Source: Azolla caroliniana
Taxonomy: Eukaryota; Plantae; Polypodiophyta
Direction of reading: 5' to 3'
DNA: 64,000 bases
NCBI GenBank assembly: GCA_043228905.1
Contig: JBHGNT010000015.1
Location: forward strand, 4,030,001-4,094,000
Shown: piece by piece, positions 1 through 12,841 of the stretch
Position numbering within the stretch: position 1 is the stretch's first letter
How the letters are laid out: each line of letters opens with the position of its first letter
The notes under the pieces: model-generated
What the model was told of the DNA's origin: nothing
Databases searched by the model: none
The model's input: only the letters and a program-made list of their open reading frames with translations
Position numbers and translations under genes: made by a program

Positions 1-174
1 GTTGATTGGTTAGGCTATACACCTAATGATCGAACATGGGAGCCTGCCGAACATCTTGCCAATGCCTCCGACATGGTTGTTGCATTTCACAACCAATATC
101 CTCATAAACCAAGTCTGAACTCTTTTCTTCCGACTCGTGCAACTCGTCATCGAAAAGGGGGGATAATGTCATGA
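1..174 (+). CDS. C-terminal chromodomain of a Ty3/gypsy (chromovirus) Pol, partial at window edge
   Basis: Frame 1 reads VDWLGYTPNDRTWEPAEHLANASDMVVAFHNQYPHKP..., homologous to the Pol ends at 28786-29433 and 51000-51213; followed by PPT AAAAGGGGGGA. Confidence 0.85.
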   Translation, partial: VDWLGYTPNDRTWEPAEHLANASDMVVAFHNQYPHKPSLNSFLPTRATRHRKGGIMS

Positions 175-715
175 AGACATACATCTTGGCTTATCATGAC
201 ATTCATCTTGGCGAACCAGGAATCGAACCCATAACCTCTTGGTTTACATATTGTACTTTAACCATTGTAATAACATATGTGAGATGTAATCATAATAATT
301 ATATGTTTAGTTATTACGAGATATTTAGAACATTCTAGATTATTCTAGAATGTTCTTGAATATTTCATGATTATATTTATTATTATTATTATTCATAAAT
401 ATCTAAAATATTCTAGAACATTCTAGAATACTCCATAAGGGCCTATAAATAAGAGTCCATACACTCATCACAACTCATTCGGTTCAACACCAGTCTTTAG
501 CCCTTAGCCTACTCCTTGTAATCTTCTTTCTCATAATATAATCTCATTCCCATTTCTTATCTCTCACTTATACTTTTCTCTCTCTCGCACTCTCTCCCTT
601 TTTCACTCTCTTTTGCTATCACTATCGCTATCTCTACCGCTCTCGCCATCTCTATCGTTATCGTTATCTCTATCGCCATCGCTCTCTCTCTGCTTCCTAC
701 TCAAGAGTCACGACA
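167..715 (+). repeat. 3' LTR of chromovirus A
   Basis: TGTCA...CGACA termini directly after PPT; TATAAATA at 444; similar to the LTRs at 28267-28793 and 39239-39798. Confidence 0.8.
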
Positions 716-949
716 ACACTTACGTTCTTACACGCTTAGGTATTCCAGACACACAGTGGATTAGCCGTAGCTATACACAGAATTTCAAAGAAGATAGAAT
801 TCTTTTATGATACGTTTCTTTACATTCCAAAATTACACGCTCCCTCTATCAGAGGTTTTCTGCTCTTTATATACGTAGGGTCTATCTAGCCGTTCACGCT
901 TCCTGCGTGAAGCGTTACATGTGTTATGATCTTATATTATTTCTTATTC

Positions 950-2231
950 CTACGCTCTTGTCCGTTGGTTACTATTCCGGCGGACAACAGTGTGATCACT
1001 TACGGTGGATTGGATTCCCCATATCTGAACCAAACGATCATTCATAAAATTGTGTGAGCTTCCCGAATCAAATAAAAATTGCACCGGAGATCCATTGACA
1101 TACCCGTTTGCACGTAGTAAATCATTGGGTCCCAATACATAGTCAGGGAAAGAACATTGACAATTACTTAAATGATGTGTATAGACCTCAAGGACATTAG
1201 GAATTTGACCTTTATGGTCTGCAACTTTTGCTTTGTTGTCGTGCTCTTTCCATTGAAGCTTTCGACATTGTTCCATGGTATGACCCTTCTTTTTGTAGAA
1301 TACGCAAAAAGGATGTTGTCACTTACAATCGTGATCCATGAATTCATTGGGTGTCTTGCGTTTCCCAACGAATTGTGACTGCTTAGTCCCGGACGCTTCG
1401 TTGGGTTTGTTATGGTTCTTCTTCGAAGTGCGTTGATAGCGAAGAACTATTTAAACAGCCTCGTCGAAAGATTTTGGATCCTTATCGTGCACTATCTAGT
1501 GATAGTCCGAATTGGGATGCCATTGACAAAACAAGCTATTAACCAATTGTCCCCTTCTAGACCTGATTTTTGGATTTGGGTTCTAGCATGGTGGACATAG
1601 TCTTCTAGCGAGGAAAACTTCCTGCTAGAGAGGTTCATTAAAGCTTGTGCTGCCTCGTTTTGAGAGGGAGGTTGCAGAAATTGGCTCTTAAAAACTGTGA
1701 CAAAATCTGTCTAGGTGTCGGGCAATTTCCCCAAAGTTCGGAGCCCACAGCACTAGGCAGCGGTCTTACCCCCTAGTTCTTGGCCGACATATGCAATCTT
1801 CGTACTATCTAGCGTGGGATAGAGCTCAAAATGAGAGTCCCATCGACCCAAACACGTGCAGATTGCTTCTTCGGTTCTTTCCTTTTTTCTCCCATAAATG
1901 GCTTTACAACAAATGATGGTTCACCCTGACACTCATTGGGTCTATTTGTCTCACGTTGTAAACTAATGACACATGCCTCGAGAGCACTTTGAGATTGCCA
2001 AATTTCGGACATCTGATGCACGGTTGAACTAAGGAAATGTTGTATTTGTAAAAAATATGACTCAATGGACATTGGTCCAAAAGGATTTCCTTGAGTTCCT
2101 TCCGCTTGGGCGGATGACATCGGGTCATTATTCTGAGCCATTGAATGATTATTTCTAGCAAAGAAATAGGAAGAGGTCAGGCAAATAGTCATAACATCAA
2201 GTCGTGATGTAAACATATCATGGGCAATCAT
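950..2231 (-). pseudogene. gag and aspartic protease remnants of the degenerate gypsy element
   Basis: ORFs 1809-2231 and 950-1276; D-S-G protease motif; multiple stops and frameshifts. Confidence 0.65.
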
Positions 2232-3559
2232 TAATAGATGTCATGATCTCACGTCAATACCCCATTAGACGTATGAGATGAGGTTTAAGACCAGGTTACT
2301 ATGGTAACATAAAGGTGTTTTAAAAACCATGGGGGTGACAAATGAATTTCTTTCCTTGGCCTCTATATCAATTTTTTCATTGCGGCTCCCCGAGGCTGAA
2401 CCATGTATGTTCGCGTCATGAATAGTTTATACATGAAAAAAATGTTAACAATAAACTATGTTTCTGTGCCCACATATGTGGTTTTGGCTCTTTAAGTCCT
2501 ATGACGAGGACCCCGAAGTACACTTAGACCTAAAGTCTAAACATCTATTATAGTCATATGTATCAACAATGTTGTATGGTCTTGGTCATATTTGAACTCG
2601 AGACCTTGAGAACAAATGCATTAAACACTTGAGCTAACCAAATAGGTTGCTCTTATTGAATGTTTAATGTTTTATGCGTATAAGAGATATGCGAGGCATT
2701 TTCTTATATATGTTTTTTTAAAAGAAACATATATGTCAAGAGTCCTTATTTCCCCCTCATTTACCACAAATTATGTTGGTAAGTTACCTAACCTCAAGTC
2801 TCATAATTACGATGGCATACGCCAAAGTGCAACCTAATGGTCAAGCCAAATGAGCCCTCTTTTCGTAGTAGACCTACGTGGCCCATCACATGGTTACGTC
2901 ATTACGAATGCCTTTCGTAAGAATGATCTCATGGTGGGATGTTGGATATGTGTGTCCTAGGAGCGACCTCACATGAAGTGGGTCAAGCCCTACGTTCTCA
3001 CCATCATTGTGACTATGATCGTTTCATTACGTAACGAAATCGAAGTGACCAACGGGGATGTCAACAAAAAAGATTGTTGAGAAAAGAATGATGACTATGC
3101 TATTCTCACAAAAATGTGAGGATGGACACCAAGATCCTTTCCCCTAAAAGGACAACATTCGATATAGAAATCACGTTCTAACTAACATACACATTTATAT
3201 TTATCACATATATACGATCAAACACGTATACACGTGACCAGATATGCATATATTAAAAAAAATTGTAACATCAAATAGCCAACATATGATGAAATCGAGA
3301 CACGTAATCGACGCATATAGCCTTAGCCTCTACGCACACGAAACATCCAATAATAAGGGTTAATCGTAATACGCAATTGAGGTATTGACCTCTTATGCAT
3401 ACGCCACCAAACACATATCATTTACATAAAAATCGAGGTATTGACCTCATACGCATACGTAACATATGTATGTGAACGTAATACACAATTGAGGTACTAA
3501 CCTCAAATGCATACGAAACTAATCACATATTAAATATATGTCAAATGAGGTATTGACCT

Positions 3560-3889
3560 TGTGTGTGTGAGATAGCGATAGAGAGAGAGAGAGACACAGA
3601 GTATATGCAAGGTTAAAAGTATATTGACAAAGGAGAAAGACTCAACATTATACAAGGTGGGAGGAGGGTGCTTTATGTAGTCACCCTCTCTCTTCATTAA
3701 CTTCAAGCCTCATGGAGCATGGGGAATGTGAAAGCTCATAAGTTATGTGTCATAGAATATGATTCTATGACTCATACTAAATGCTGGAATACAAAGTGGT
3801 GACATAATGGTGACTCTTGACCGTTGAGGTGTCTCTTCACTCTCAAGGTGAGTTCACACACTAGACCAAGTTGAGCTTGATTCTCAACA
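3560..3889 (-). repeat. copia-1 3' LTR (U5 end shortened)
   Basis: Matches ~8605-8934. Confidence 0.9.
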
Positions 3890-4117
3890 TGCCCCCTCAA
3901 GCTCAAGTCAGGTCGGTTTCAGGCGGTATCCGAAATCCGCTTCAATTCACATTCGGGAGTCCGCGTCGACTCGCTTTATGCAGAGTTGCGGAATCCGTGC
4001 TCCAGCTTGCGTTGTGCGTAGTTACGAAGTTTGTGGTTCGGCTTGCGTCTTTCTTCGCGGCTTTGCGCGGTAGATCGGCTCTTCACTGCTTCGTTGCGTG
4101 GTTGCGGAATCCATGCG

Positions 4118-7100
4118 TTATTGCGTAGTGTCTTCAGTACTCCCCCTCAAGCTTGGTAGGTCAAGGATCGTCAATCCGAGATCGGTCATGAATTGCCATA
4201 GCTTGTCGGCTCCTAAGGCTTTAGTGATGATGTCGGCCATTTGAAGATTGGTGCTAATGTGTTGTAGGTCGACATCGCTAGCTAGAACGCGCTCTCGGAT
4301 GAAGTGATAGTGCAATTCGATGTGCTTTGTCCGCACGTGGAACACCAGGTTCCGAGCCAGATAGATACTGCTCATGTTGTTGCAGTAAAGGGAAGTAGGA
4401 TCCTTGATGGGTACGCCCAGATCCTTCAAAATCCTCTTGAGCCATATGGCTTCACATGCAGCTACGGCTGCGCCTCTGTATTCCGCCTCCGTACTCGAAA
4501 GAGTGACGGTAGGCTGCTTTTTGCTACTCCAAGATATTGCTCCACTGCCGAGGGAGAAAACTAATCCGGAGGTTGATCTTCTATCATCTTTGTAGCCGGC
4601 CCAATCGGCGTCTGTGTACCCCTCGAGTCGTATCGGCATCGCGGTCCTGTAGAGGATGCCGCAATCCATTGTGCCGCTCACGTAGCGTAGAACTCGCTTA
4701 GCGCAATCCAAGTGAGTAACACGCGGTGTTTGCATGAATTGGCTTAGGAGACCGACCGGATAACTGAGATCGGGTCGTGTGATCATGAGGTAGATGAGAC
4801 TCCCGATGAGTTGCCGATACTGAGTCGGCTCACACGCTTTGGTGCCGGAGTTCGCATCTAGTTTGAGATTGCGATCGAGTGGTGTTGCCGTGGATTTGCA
4901 CTCAGCCATCCCGAACTTGTATAACAAGTTGAGGATGTAGTACCGTTGAGAGATCATGATTCCGGCCAGAGTCCGAATTACCTCGATGCCGAGGAAGTAG
5001 TGGAGTTCCTTCATGTCTGTCATCTTGAACTTGTCGGAAAGGAGGGATTTGACTTTATTGATTTCGACGAGATGCTCACCTCCAATGACTAGGTCATCCA
5101 CATATAGAATGATGACGATCGGACTTGCGGAATCGCTTCGTATGTAGAGGGAGTTGTCCGATTTTGACATACAGAAGCCGATTTGATGAAGATATTGCGT
5201 TATCTTCGAATGCCAAGCACGCGGTGCTTGCTTGAGGCCGTAGAGTGGCTTCTTGAGTCGGCAAACCGCTTTCGAATGGGTGCTCAAGCTGAAGCCGGGT
5301 GGTTGGATCATGTACACCTCCTCTTCTAATTCGCCTTGTAGAAAGGCGTTCTTGACGTCCATTTGATGGAGGTGCCACCCTTTCGCCGCGGCAAGCACAA
5401 TTATGGTCCGCACCGTTGTCATCTTTGCTACCGGGGAAAAGGTCTCCTCGTAGTCAACTCCGTGCATTTGGGCGTAGCCTTTCGCTACGAGTCATGCTTT
5501 GTAGCGGTTTACGGAGCCATCGGCGTTATACTTCACCTTGTAGATCTATATGCATCCAATCGCCTTTTTGTGTGGTGAGGTGGAAACGAGATCCCATGTC
5601 TCGTTCTTCCATAGTGCCTGCATCTCCTTGTTCATTGCTTCGATCCATCGCAGGTCCTTCACGGCTTCCGAAAAGGTTTCCGGCTCCCGTATTGTTGCTA
5701 CCTTCATCATGAAGGCATAATGGTATGCCATATAATCGTTGTAGCCGAATCGGCTTACGGGGTTCTTTTCACGAGTGGATCGGCGGAGCGTTTCATTTGC
5801 AGAGATGAGGGCTTTCTTTGCTCCGATTGGTACCTCGAAACCGCCGAACTCACTGTCGAGTGAGTGAGTTGACTCATTGTCGGTGAAGCGATCGTCTTCG
5901 TATTCCGCCATTTTCGCCTTGCCTTTGTCCATCTTCGGGCTAGGCCATGATGTGCTTTGATCGCTCAAAGGCTCTTGTGGTCCGCTCAATCGGGTCGTGA
6001 TCAGACTTTCTTCGAACATGCGCGTAAGGTGATCTTCGTCCTCTATCTCTTGTTCGGTGGATTCCGGGTCGAGCGGGGTCGGAGTCGAAGTTGTCTCTGG
6101 TGCGTACCAGGATGCGGACTCCTCAAAGACGACGTCTCGACTTACCCGAAATTTTTCAGTTGAGGGGTTGTAGCACTTGTACCCCTTTTGCTCCAGTGAG
6201 TATCCTACGAGGATACATTTCTCCGACTTCGGGTCAAGCTTTTGACGCTTCTTGTCGGGGATGTGCACGTACGCAATGGAGCCGAATATCTGAACATGTG
6301 ATAGGTTCGGCTTCTTTCCGAAGAATCTTTCGTGTGGAGTGACCTCGTGCACGCCGGATGTTGTGCACCGGTTCATTAGGTAGACGATCGTATTTGCCGC
6401 GCTACTTCAAGGATGTGCCGATTTTTGCGCTCGGCTACTCCGTTTTGTTGCGGAGTGTGTCGGCAAGTGAATTCTCGCCGAATTCCTTCCTTTCGGAGTT
6501 ACGTCGTGAAATCGTCCGAGAAGTACTCCTTGCCGCCATCCGATCGAAGGCATCGTACATGTCGGCCCGTGGCTTTCTCGACTTCATTCTTGAAATTTTG
6601 GAAGTGTCCGAACACTTCGCTCTTTTGCCGCATCGGGTAGATCCAAGTGTGCCTAGAAAAATCGTTGATGAAGAGCACGTAATATCGGCATCCGCCGAAT
6701 GTCGCCGTTTGAGCCGGACCCCATACATCGGAATGAATTACGTCGAGTATGCCTTTGCTCACATTCTGCTCCTTCGGAAATGGGTGTCGGTGTTGCTTGC
6801 CGAATTGGCACTCTTCGCATACACCTTCAATCTCCTTCTCTTTGAATGTCGGGAGTCTGATGACGACTCCTTCGACTCCTTTGAGTTTGTTGAGATTGAT
6901 GTGGCCGATTCGCTTATGCCATAGCTCTATGTCGGATTCGGCTTTCGTGCTTTTCGCGAACATGGCGGATTTCATCTCGTGCGAATCGAGAATGAACATC
7001 CGGCCCTCTCTTCTACCGCGTGCGATGATTCGGCCTTCTTTTTCGATGAAACACCCTTCTTGGTCGAATCGTACTTGCATCCCTTGCTCAACCATTTGGC

Positions 7101-8382
7101 CGACCGAGACCAAATTCTTTGTGATGGTGGGTACATGCAAGACATTTTTAATGTATGTTTGCTTACCTCTTTCGCCGAACGGAACATTGCCGATGTGCCG
7201 AATCGGGTGCGTAGTGTCATCTCCGGTTTCGACATAACCGGGTTGCTCCGGCTCTTGAAGTTCGAGAAACCATTCTTTATGGGAGGTCATATGGTTTGAG
7301 GCTCCGGAGTCAACAAACCATACGTCCTCCGGATTGAGGGCACTAGTTGAGGTAGAGGCCGACATAGAGTTTGCTCTATGTTTCATCATGAACATTCCGC
7401 CACGGTTAGAGTTGTATGCGTACATTCTGCCACGATCCTCGTAGTCAGAGTTGTGCCCGTACATTCCGCTATACTCTTCGTAGTCGGAATTGTGCGCATA
7501 ATTTGTGAGTTGTTGGCTTGTGGAAGCCGATTCACGCATCTTCTTTCGGCACTCTTCTTCGTGGTGGCCGAGCTTTCCGCAATATCCGCATTCGGTTGCA
7601 TTTTGACGGCTCGGGCCGGAGTGGAAGCTCCCCCTTCTTGCGAAGGTTCCTCGTTGGCCTCCGTTTTGCGGCTGAAATTGGGAGTTGTTATCGTAGGTCG
7701 GACCTGGTCCGCCTTGTCCTTGGCCGATTCGGCCTCTCGCTCGTCCGGGTCCTCTTCCTCCATTAGAGTGCGTGTAGAGCATGTGGCCTTCCGACTCATT
7801 GCTCCTTGTACACACGTAGTTTTCTTCAACCAATAGCATTGATTGGAGCTCGAAGAAGGAGGGAGATTTCTCCCGTCCTTGAATGGCGGTTCGCATCGCG
7901 CCGAAACGTGGTGCGAGACCACCGAGGCATATTTGCACCATCTCATCATTATCTATACTTACGCTTGTTGAGCCGAGCGAGTCACAAAGCTCCTTGATCT
8001 TCAAGGTGTATGTCGTGATGGACATGTCCCTTTGTTGAATGTTGTTCAACTCTTGGCGGAGTTGAAGCCTCCTTGCGGTCGTGTTGGCGGCGAAAAGCTT
8101 TCGTAGATTTTCCCATGCTTCCTTCGACGTCTTGGCTTCTCGAATGTAACCGAGCATGTGGTCGTGAACACATGTCGCCAAAGAATACATCACGGGGCTT
8201 GCGGCTTGCTCCCATGTCGCGTATCCGGGAGCCGCTTCGGCGGGTCGGTCTTCATGCGCTCCTTTGATGTAGCTCCAATAGCCTTGTCCGACAAGGTATT
8301 GGTGCATCTTGTACTCCCAAGATGCGAAGTTGTTTCGATCCAACTTCTCGGTAGGGAGAGCGCTCCCTATTTGAGTATTCAT
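4118..8382 (-). pseudogene. copia-1 Gag-Pol (gag, Zn knuckle, protease, integrase, RT, RNase H), broken
   Basis: ORFs 6499-8382 (CGYCGKLGHHEEEC, WFVDSGAS, HSDVWGP), 5546-6376, 4118-5467 (HQMDVKNAFL, LYVDDL, YTDADWA). Confidence 0.93.
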
Positions 8383-8554
8383 TATGTCGATTCTTCTTCT
8401 TCTTCTTCTTCTTCTTCTTCTCTCTTCGAATGCGAGCTATGTAGCGAAGCTACGATAGCTATGAGCCGGTTCTTGGTCGTTGGTGTAGAGCACAACACAC
8501 AATCACGATGAGGCGAATGGGCTAGATCGAGCTACCAACCTCGCTCTGATACCA

Positions 8555-8934
8555 TGTAAAGAATCAAGAGATGGATTCTTGTGAAGCGGAATAGGTGTGA
8601 ACTGTGTGTGTGTGTGAGATAGAGATAGAGAGAGAGAGAGACACAGAGTATACGCTAGGTTAAAAGTATATTGACAAAGGAGAAAGACTCAACATTATAC
8701 AAGGTGGGAGGAGGGTGCTTTATGTAGTCACTCTCTCTCTTCATTAACTACAAGCCTCATGGAGCATGGGGAATGTGAAAGCTCATAAGTTATGTGTCAT
8801 AGAATATGATTCTATGACTCATTCTAAATGTTGGAATAGAAAGGTGACATAATGGTGACTCTTGACCGTTGAGGTGTCTCTTCACTCTCAAGGTGAGTTC
8901 ACACACTAGACCAAGTTGAGCTTGATTCTCAACA
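8555..8934 (-). repeat. copia-1 5' LTR
   Basis: TGT..ACA termini, next to PBS. Confidence 0.9.
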
Positions 8935-9198
8935 GACCTCATACACATATGTAAATGTTTTATAAAACCAATTAATTCCCACTACAACATCATTACATCA
9001 ATGAAAAAAATTTCATATTGACCATATACATGATTAGATGGGAGAAGAAAAAATACAAAAAAAAACAAGAATGAGTTACCGAAGTTCCTTTGTTGATCGC
9101 TATCTGGATGAAGGTCGACCGCACGTCGATCGATCACCATCCATCAAAAAGACAAATTAAACAAAGGAAACATTAGAAACATAACCTTTGATACCAAC

Positions 9199-9650
9199 TG
9201 TTAGAGTTATGATCTAAAGTAAGCATATGATAAGGATAAAACATAGATTGATAGAAAGGAGACAGAGAAAGAAGGGTGCCCATCCACCCGACCACCCTTG
9301 AGCGAAGGGATCGAGACAGACTCGAGCCTCGATCGACGTCCTATACCACCGCCGTGGCATCAAGTCGTACTTGGTGTTGGCGCGCTCGCCACAAGGGTTG
9401 ACCCACCATGAAACACAGTCTCAATGTAGTCAAGATATGATCAAATCAGGGTAGCTAGGCCTCATATTTATAGCGATACCCAAGGCCCCCAGGCAAGTTC
9501 ACACTTGGCCTAATGGGTTGTCTCAATTCCGAGGATTAAAAGTAATCCTCCCCTTCTTTCCACTCTCGTTTACGCCTCACACTTATACACATGTATAGAA
9601 TACTATGATAAATTCTCACCACAGGATATTATATGGTCATGCCCGTAACA
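9199..9650 (-). repeat. 5' LTR of the degenerate gypsy element
   Basis: TGTTA...TAACA termini, adjacent iMet PBS. Confidence 0.7.
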
Positions 9651-10021
9651 ATCGAAGGTACACCGACGCTTCGTAGCTCAGATGAAACACTTCCAGTCAT
9701 CTTAAGGTAACTAATAATTTTGCTCTGAAAATAATATTAAGTAGCTTTCATATGACCATATAAGCTCGATGTTTTAGTCAAGCATATTCATGTATCTTTC
9801 GTTGATTGATAAAAAAATTATACTCAGCGCATTTTCCTCTATCGTAAACCTAACCCGGCTCCACACACTCTTTACTTAACTCCACCTCAGAACAATTGCG
9901 ATCTTCTGTCGATGATAAGGCCCCTTCTCTCACTATGATGACGCACTTGGAGTCATCTAGACTTTCGTGTAGATGTTATACATTCACTGAAACAATAAAA
10001 TTTTACTTCAAGACCAATGAT

Positions 10022-10094
10022 CATCGACCATGTAGCTCAAACCCATGACCGCAAGATTAAGAGCCTTGCGCTCTACCATCTGAGCTAGGCCAGC
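10022..10094 (-). pseudogene. tRNA-Lys(CUU) degenerate copy
   Basis: Several T-arm and anticodon-stem substitutions. Confidence 0.7.
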
Positions 10095-10736
10095 TCTATG
10101 TGCTTTTCACTAAGGTGTATTTATTGGGAATGGACCAAACGTTTTACTTTGACAATATGAGTAAGTGCCATGCACACTATCGTTGAATTAAGTGTGCGAC
10201 TCATTACAACTCGAAAGATTTTCACGGGTATAGGGATTTGTGGAAATTTGAGTTAGAGGCAATTCCGATCTTCCATCGAAGATATGTCGCTGCTTCGTAG
10301 CTCCGACAAAGCACTTCTATTCATCTAAAGGTAACTAATAATTTTGCTTGAAAAGAATTTTAAGCGGCTTTTGTACAACCATATGAGCTCGATGTTTTGG
10401 TCAAGTACATTCATGTATCTCTCGTTGACTGCTACAAAAATAACAAATGGTTGCTGACCATACGGCTCGAGCCCATAAACACAAGCCTTAGCGCCTTTTC
10501 CTCTATCGTAACCCTAACCCCGCTCGACGAGCTCTTTACATAACTCAATCCCAGAATAATTGCGATCTTCCATCGATGCTAAGGCTCCTTCTCTTACTAT
10601 GATGACGCACTTTGTTATAACAAGAATATTAACACCCTTGCGGACAAACGTATGATCCGAGGCTTGTCGTGTAGGAGTTTCCTACAGATATTGTTCACTA
10701 ATAGAAACAATAACATTTTACTTCGAGACCAATGAT

Positions 10737-10809
10737 TTCTGACCATGGGCCTCGAACCCATGACCACAAGGTTAAGAGCCTTGCGCTTTACCATCTAAGC
10801 TAGGGTGGC
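10737..10809 (-). pseudogene. tRNA-Lys(CUU) degenerate copy
   Basis: Anticodon arm intact; D and acceptor stems mutated. Confidence 0.7.
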
Positions 10810-11460
10810 TCCATGTGCTTTTCACTAAGGCGTATTTACAGGGAGTGGACCAAACGTTTTACCTTCACAATAGGAGTAAGTGCCCTGCATAACACTGTTG
10901 AATTTAGTGTGCAACTCATTGCAACTCGAACTATTTTCATTGGTATAGGGATTTTTGAATATTTAGTTAGAGGCAATTCTGATCTTCCCTCAAAGCTACG
11001 TCACCGCTTCGTAGCTCCGACGAAGCACTTCTATTTATTTAAAGGTAGTTGCTAATTTTGTTCTAAAAAGAATATTAAGCAACTTTCGTACGACCATATG
11101 ATATTGATGTTTTAGTCAAGTACATTCATGTATCTTTCTTTGATTCATACAAAACTAACAAATGGTTGCTAACGATAGGGCTTGACGCGCGTTTTCCTGT
11201 ACCATAAATCTACCTCGGCTAGACACGCTCTTTACTTAAGTCGACACTAGAACAATTGCTATCTTCCGTCGATGCTAAGGTGCCTTCGCTCAGTGTGATG
11301 ATGCACTTGGAGTCATCAAGAATTGACTCATCATTTTGTTCTAACAAGAATATTAATACACTTGCGGACAACCATATGATCTAAAGCTTACCGCGACGGA
11401 GTTTCCTGCAGATATTGTTCACTAATAGAAACAATAACATTTTACGTAGAGAGCAATGAT

Positions 11461-11533
11461 CACCAACCATGGGGCTCAAACCCATGACAACAAGGTTAAG
11501 AGCTTTGTGCTCTACCATCTGAGCTAGGCCGAC
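11461..11533 (-). pseudogene. tRNA-Lys(CUU) degenerate copy
   Basis: B-box mutated (GGTTTGAG). Confidence 0.7.
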
Positions 11534-12204
11534 TCCTTGTGCTTTTCACTAGCGTGTATTTACTGGGCGTGGACCAAACATTTTACTTTAATAATTTAGA
11601 GTAAGTGCCCTACACACCACCATCGAGTATAGTGTGCGACCAATGACAACTCGAAGTATTTTCACGAGTATAGGGATTTGTGGAAATTTGAGTTAGAGGC
11701 TAATCCAATCTTCCATCAAAGGTATGTCTCCGATTCGTAGCTCTGACGAAGGACTTCTATTCATCTAAAGGTAACTCATAATTTTTCCACGAAAAGAATA
11801 TTAAGCGGCTTTCGTACGACCATATGAGCTCTAGGTTTTGGTGAAGTACATTCATATATCTTTCGTTGTCTGGTACTTAATAAAAAATGGATGCTGACCA
11901 TAGGGCTCGCACACATGACCAGAAGGCTTAGCGCTTTTTCCTCTACCGTAAACCTAACCCAGCTCGACGAGCTCTTTACATAACTCAACCCTAGAATAAT
12001 TGCGATCTTCCGTCGATGCTAAGTCGCCTTCTCTCATTGTGATGACGCACTTGGAGTCATCTAGAATTGACTCCTCAGTCTGTTCTAATAAGAATATTAA
12101 CACACTCGTAGACAACCATATGATGTAAAGTTTGCCGTGAAGGAATATCCTGCAGATATTATTCACTAATAGAAACTATAATATTTTACTTAGAGAGCAA
12201 TGAT

Positions 12205-12277
12205 TTCCGACCATGGGGCTCGAACCCATGACCACAAGGTTAAGAGCCTTGTGCTCTACCATTTCAGCTAGGTCGGT
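12205..12277 (-). pseudogene. tRNA-Lys(CUU) degenerate copy
   Basis: Near consensus; terminal and D-arm changes. Confidence 0.7.
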
Positions 12278-12768
12278 TCCATGTGCTTTATTTAAAGGTA
12301 GGTGCTAATTTTGCTCTGAAAAGAATATTAAGCGGCTTTCGTACAACCATATGAGCTCGACGATTTGGTCAAGTACATTCATGTATCTTTCTTTGATTGA
12401 TACACAAATAACAAATGGCTGTTGACAATAGGGCTCGAGCCCATGACCAGAAGGCTTAGCGTGTTTTCCTGTATCGTAAATCTAACTCGGCTAGACGCGT
12501 TCTTTACTTAATTCAACCCCAGAACAATTGCGATTTTCTGTCAATGCTAAGGTGCCTTCTCAATTGCGATCTTTCGTCGATGCTAAGGTGCCTTCTTTGA
12601 TTGTGTTGATACACTTGGAGTCATCTAGAATTGACTCATCATTTAGTTCTAACAAGGATATTAACACCCTTGGGGACAACCATATGAACTAAAGCTCGCC
12701 ATGACGGAGTTTCTTGCAGATATTGTGCACTAATAGAAACAATAAAATTTTACTTCGAGACCAATGCT

Positions 12769-12841
12769 CGCCGACCATGGGGCTCGAACCCATGACCACA
12801 AGGTTAAGAGCCTTGCGCTCTACCATCTGAGCTAGGCCGGC
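12769..12841 (-). tRNA. tRNA-Lys(CUU), intact cloverleaf
   Basis: Reverse complement GCCGGCC TA GCTC AGATGGTA GAGC G CAAGG CTCTTAA CCTTG TGGTC ATGGG TTCGAGC CCCAT GGTCGGC G; all stems pair; anticodon CTT. Confidence 0.9.

Larger units (their letters stand above)
3560..8934 (-). mobile_element. Ty1/copia retrotransposon copia-1, full length, frameshifted
   Basis: Near-identical LTRs 3560-3889 and 8555-8934, 5-bp TSD GACCT (3555-3559/8935-8939), PBS TGGTATCAGAGC 8543-8554, PPT at 3890-3900. Confidence 0.95.
987..9650 (-). mobile_element. Degenerate Ty3/gypsy retrotransposon (5' LTR, PBS, long leader, gag-protease), interrupted by copia-1
   Basis: LTR 9199-9650 (TGT..ACA), PBS TGGTATCAAAGG at 9185-9196, gag remnants, aspartic protease motif VQFLFDSGSSHNFM; abuts the satellite at 9651. 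Confidence 0.7.

Noticed and set aside
613-810. 65-aa Ser/Leu-rich ORF
   Set aside because: Translation of TC/TATCGC microsatellite in an LTR
10813-11055. Recurrent small ORFs (MCFSLR..., MFLLVNNIC...) in satellite units
   Set aside because: By-products of repeated DNA; frequently broken between copies, with no recognisable domain
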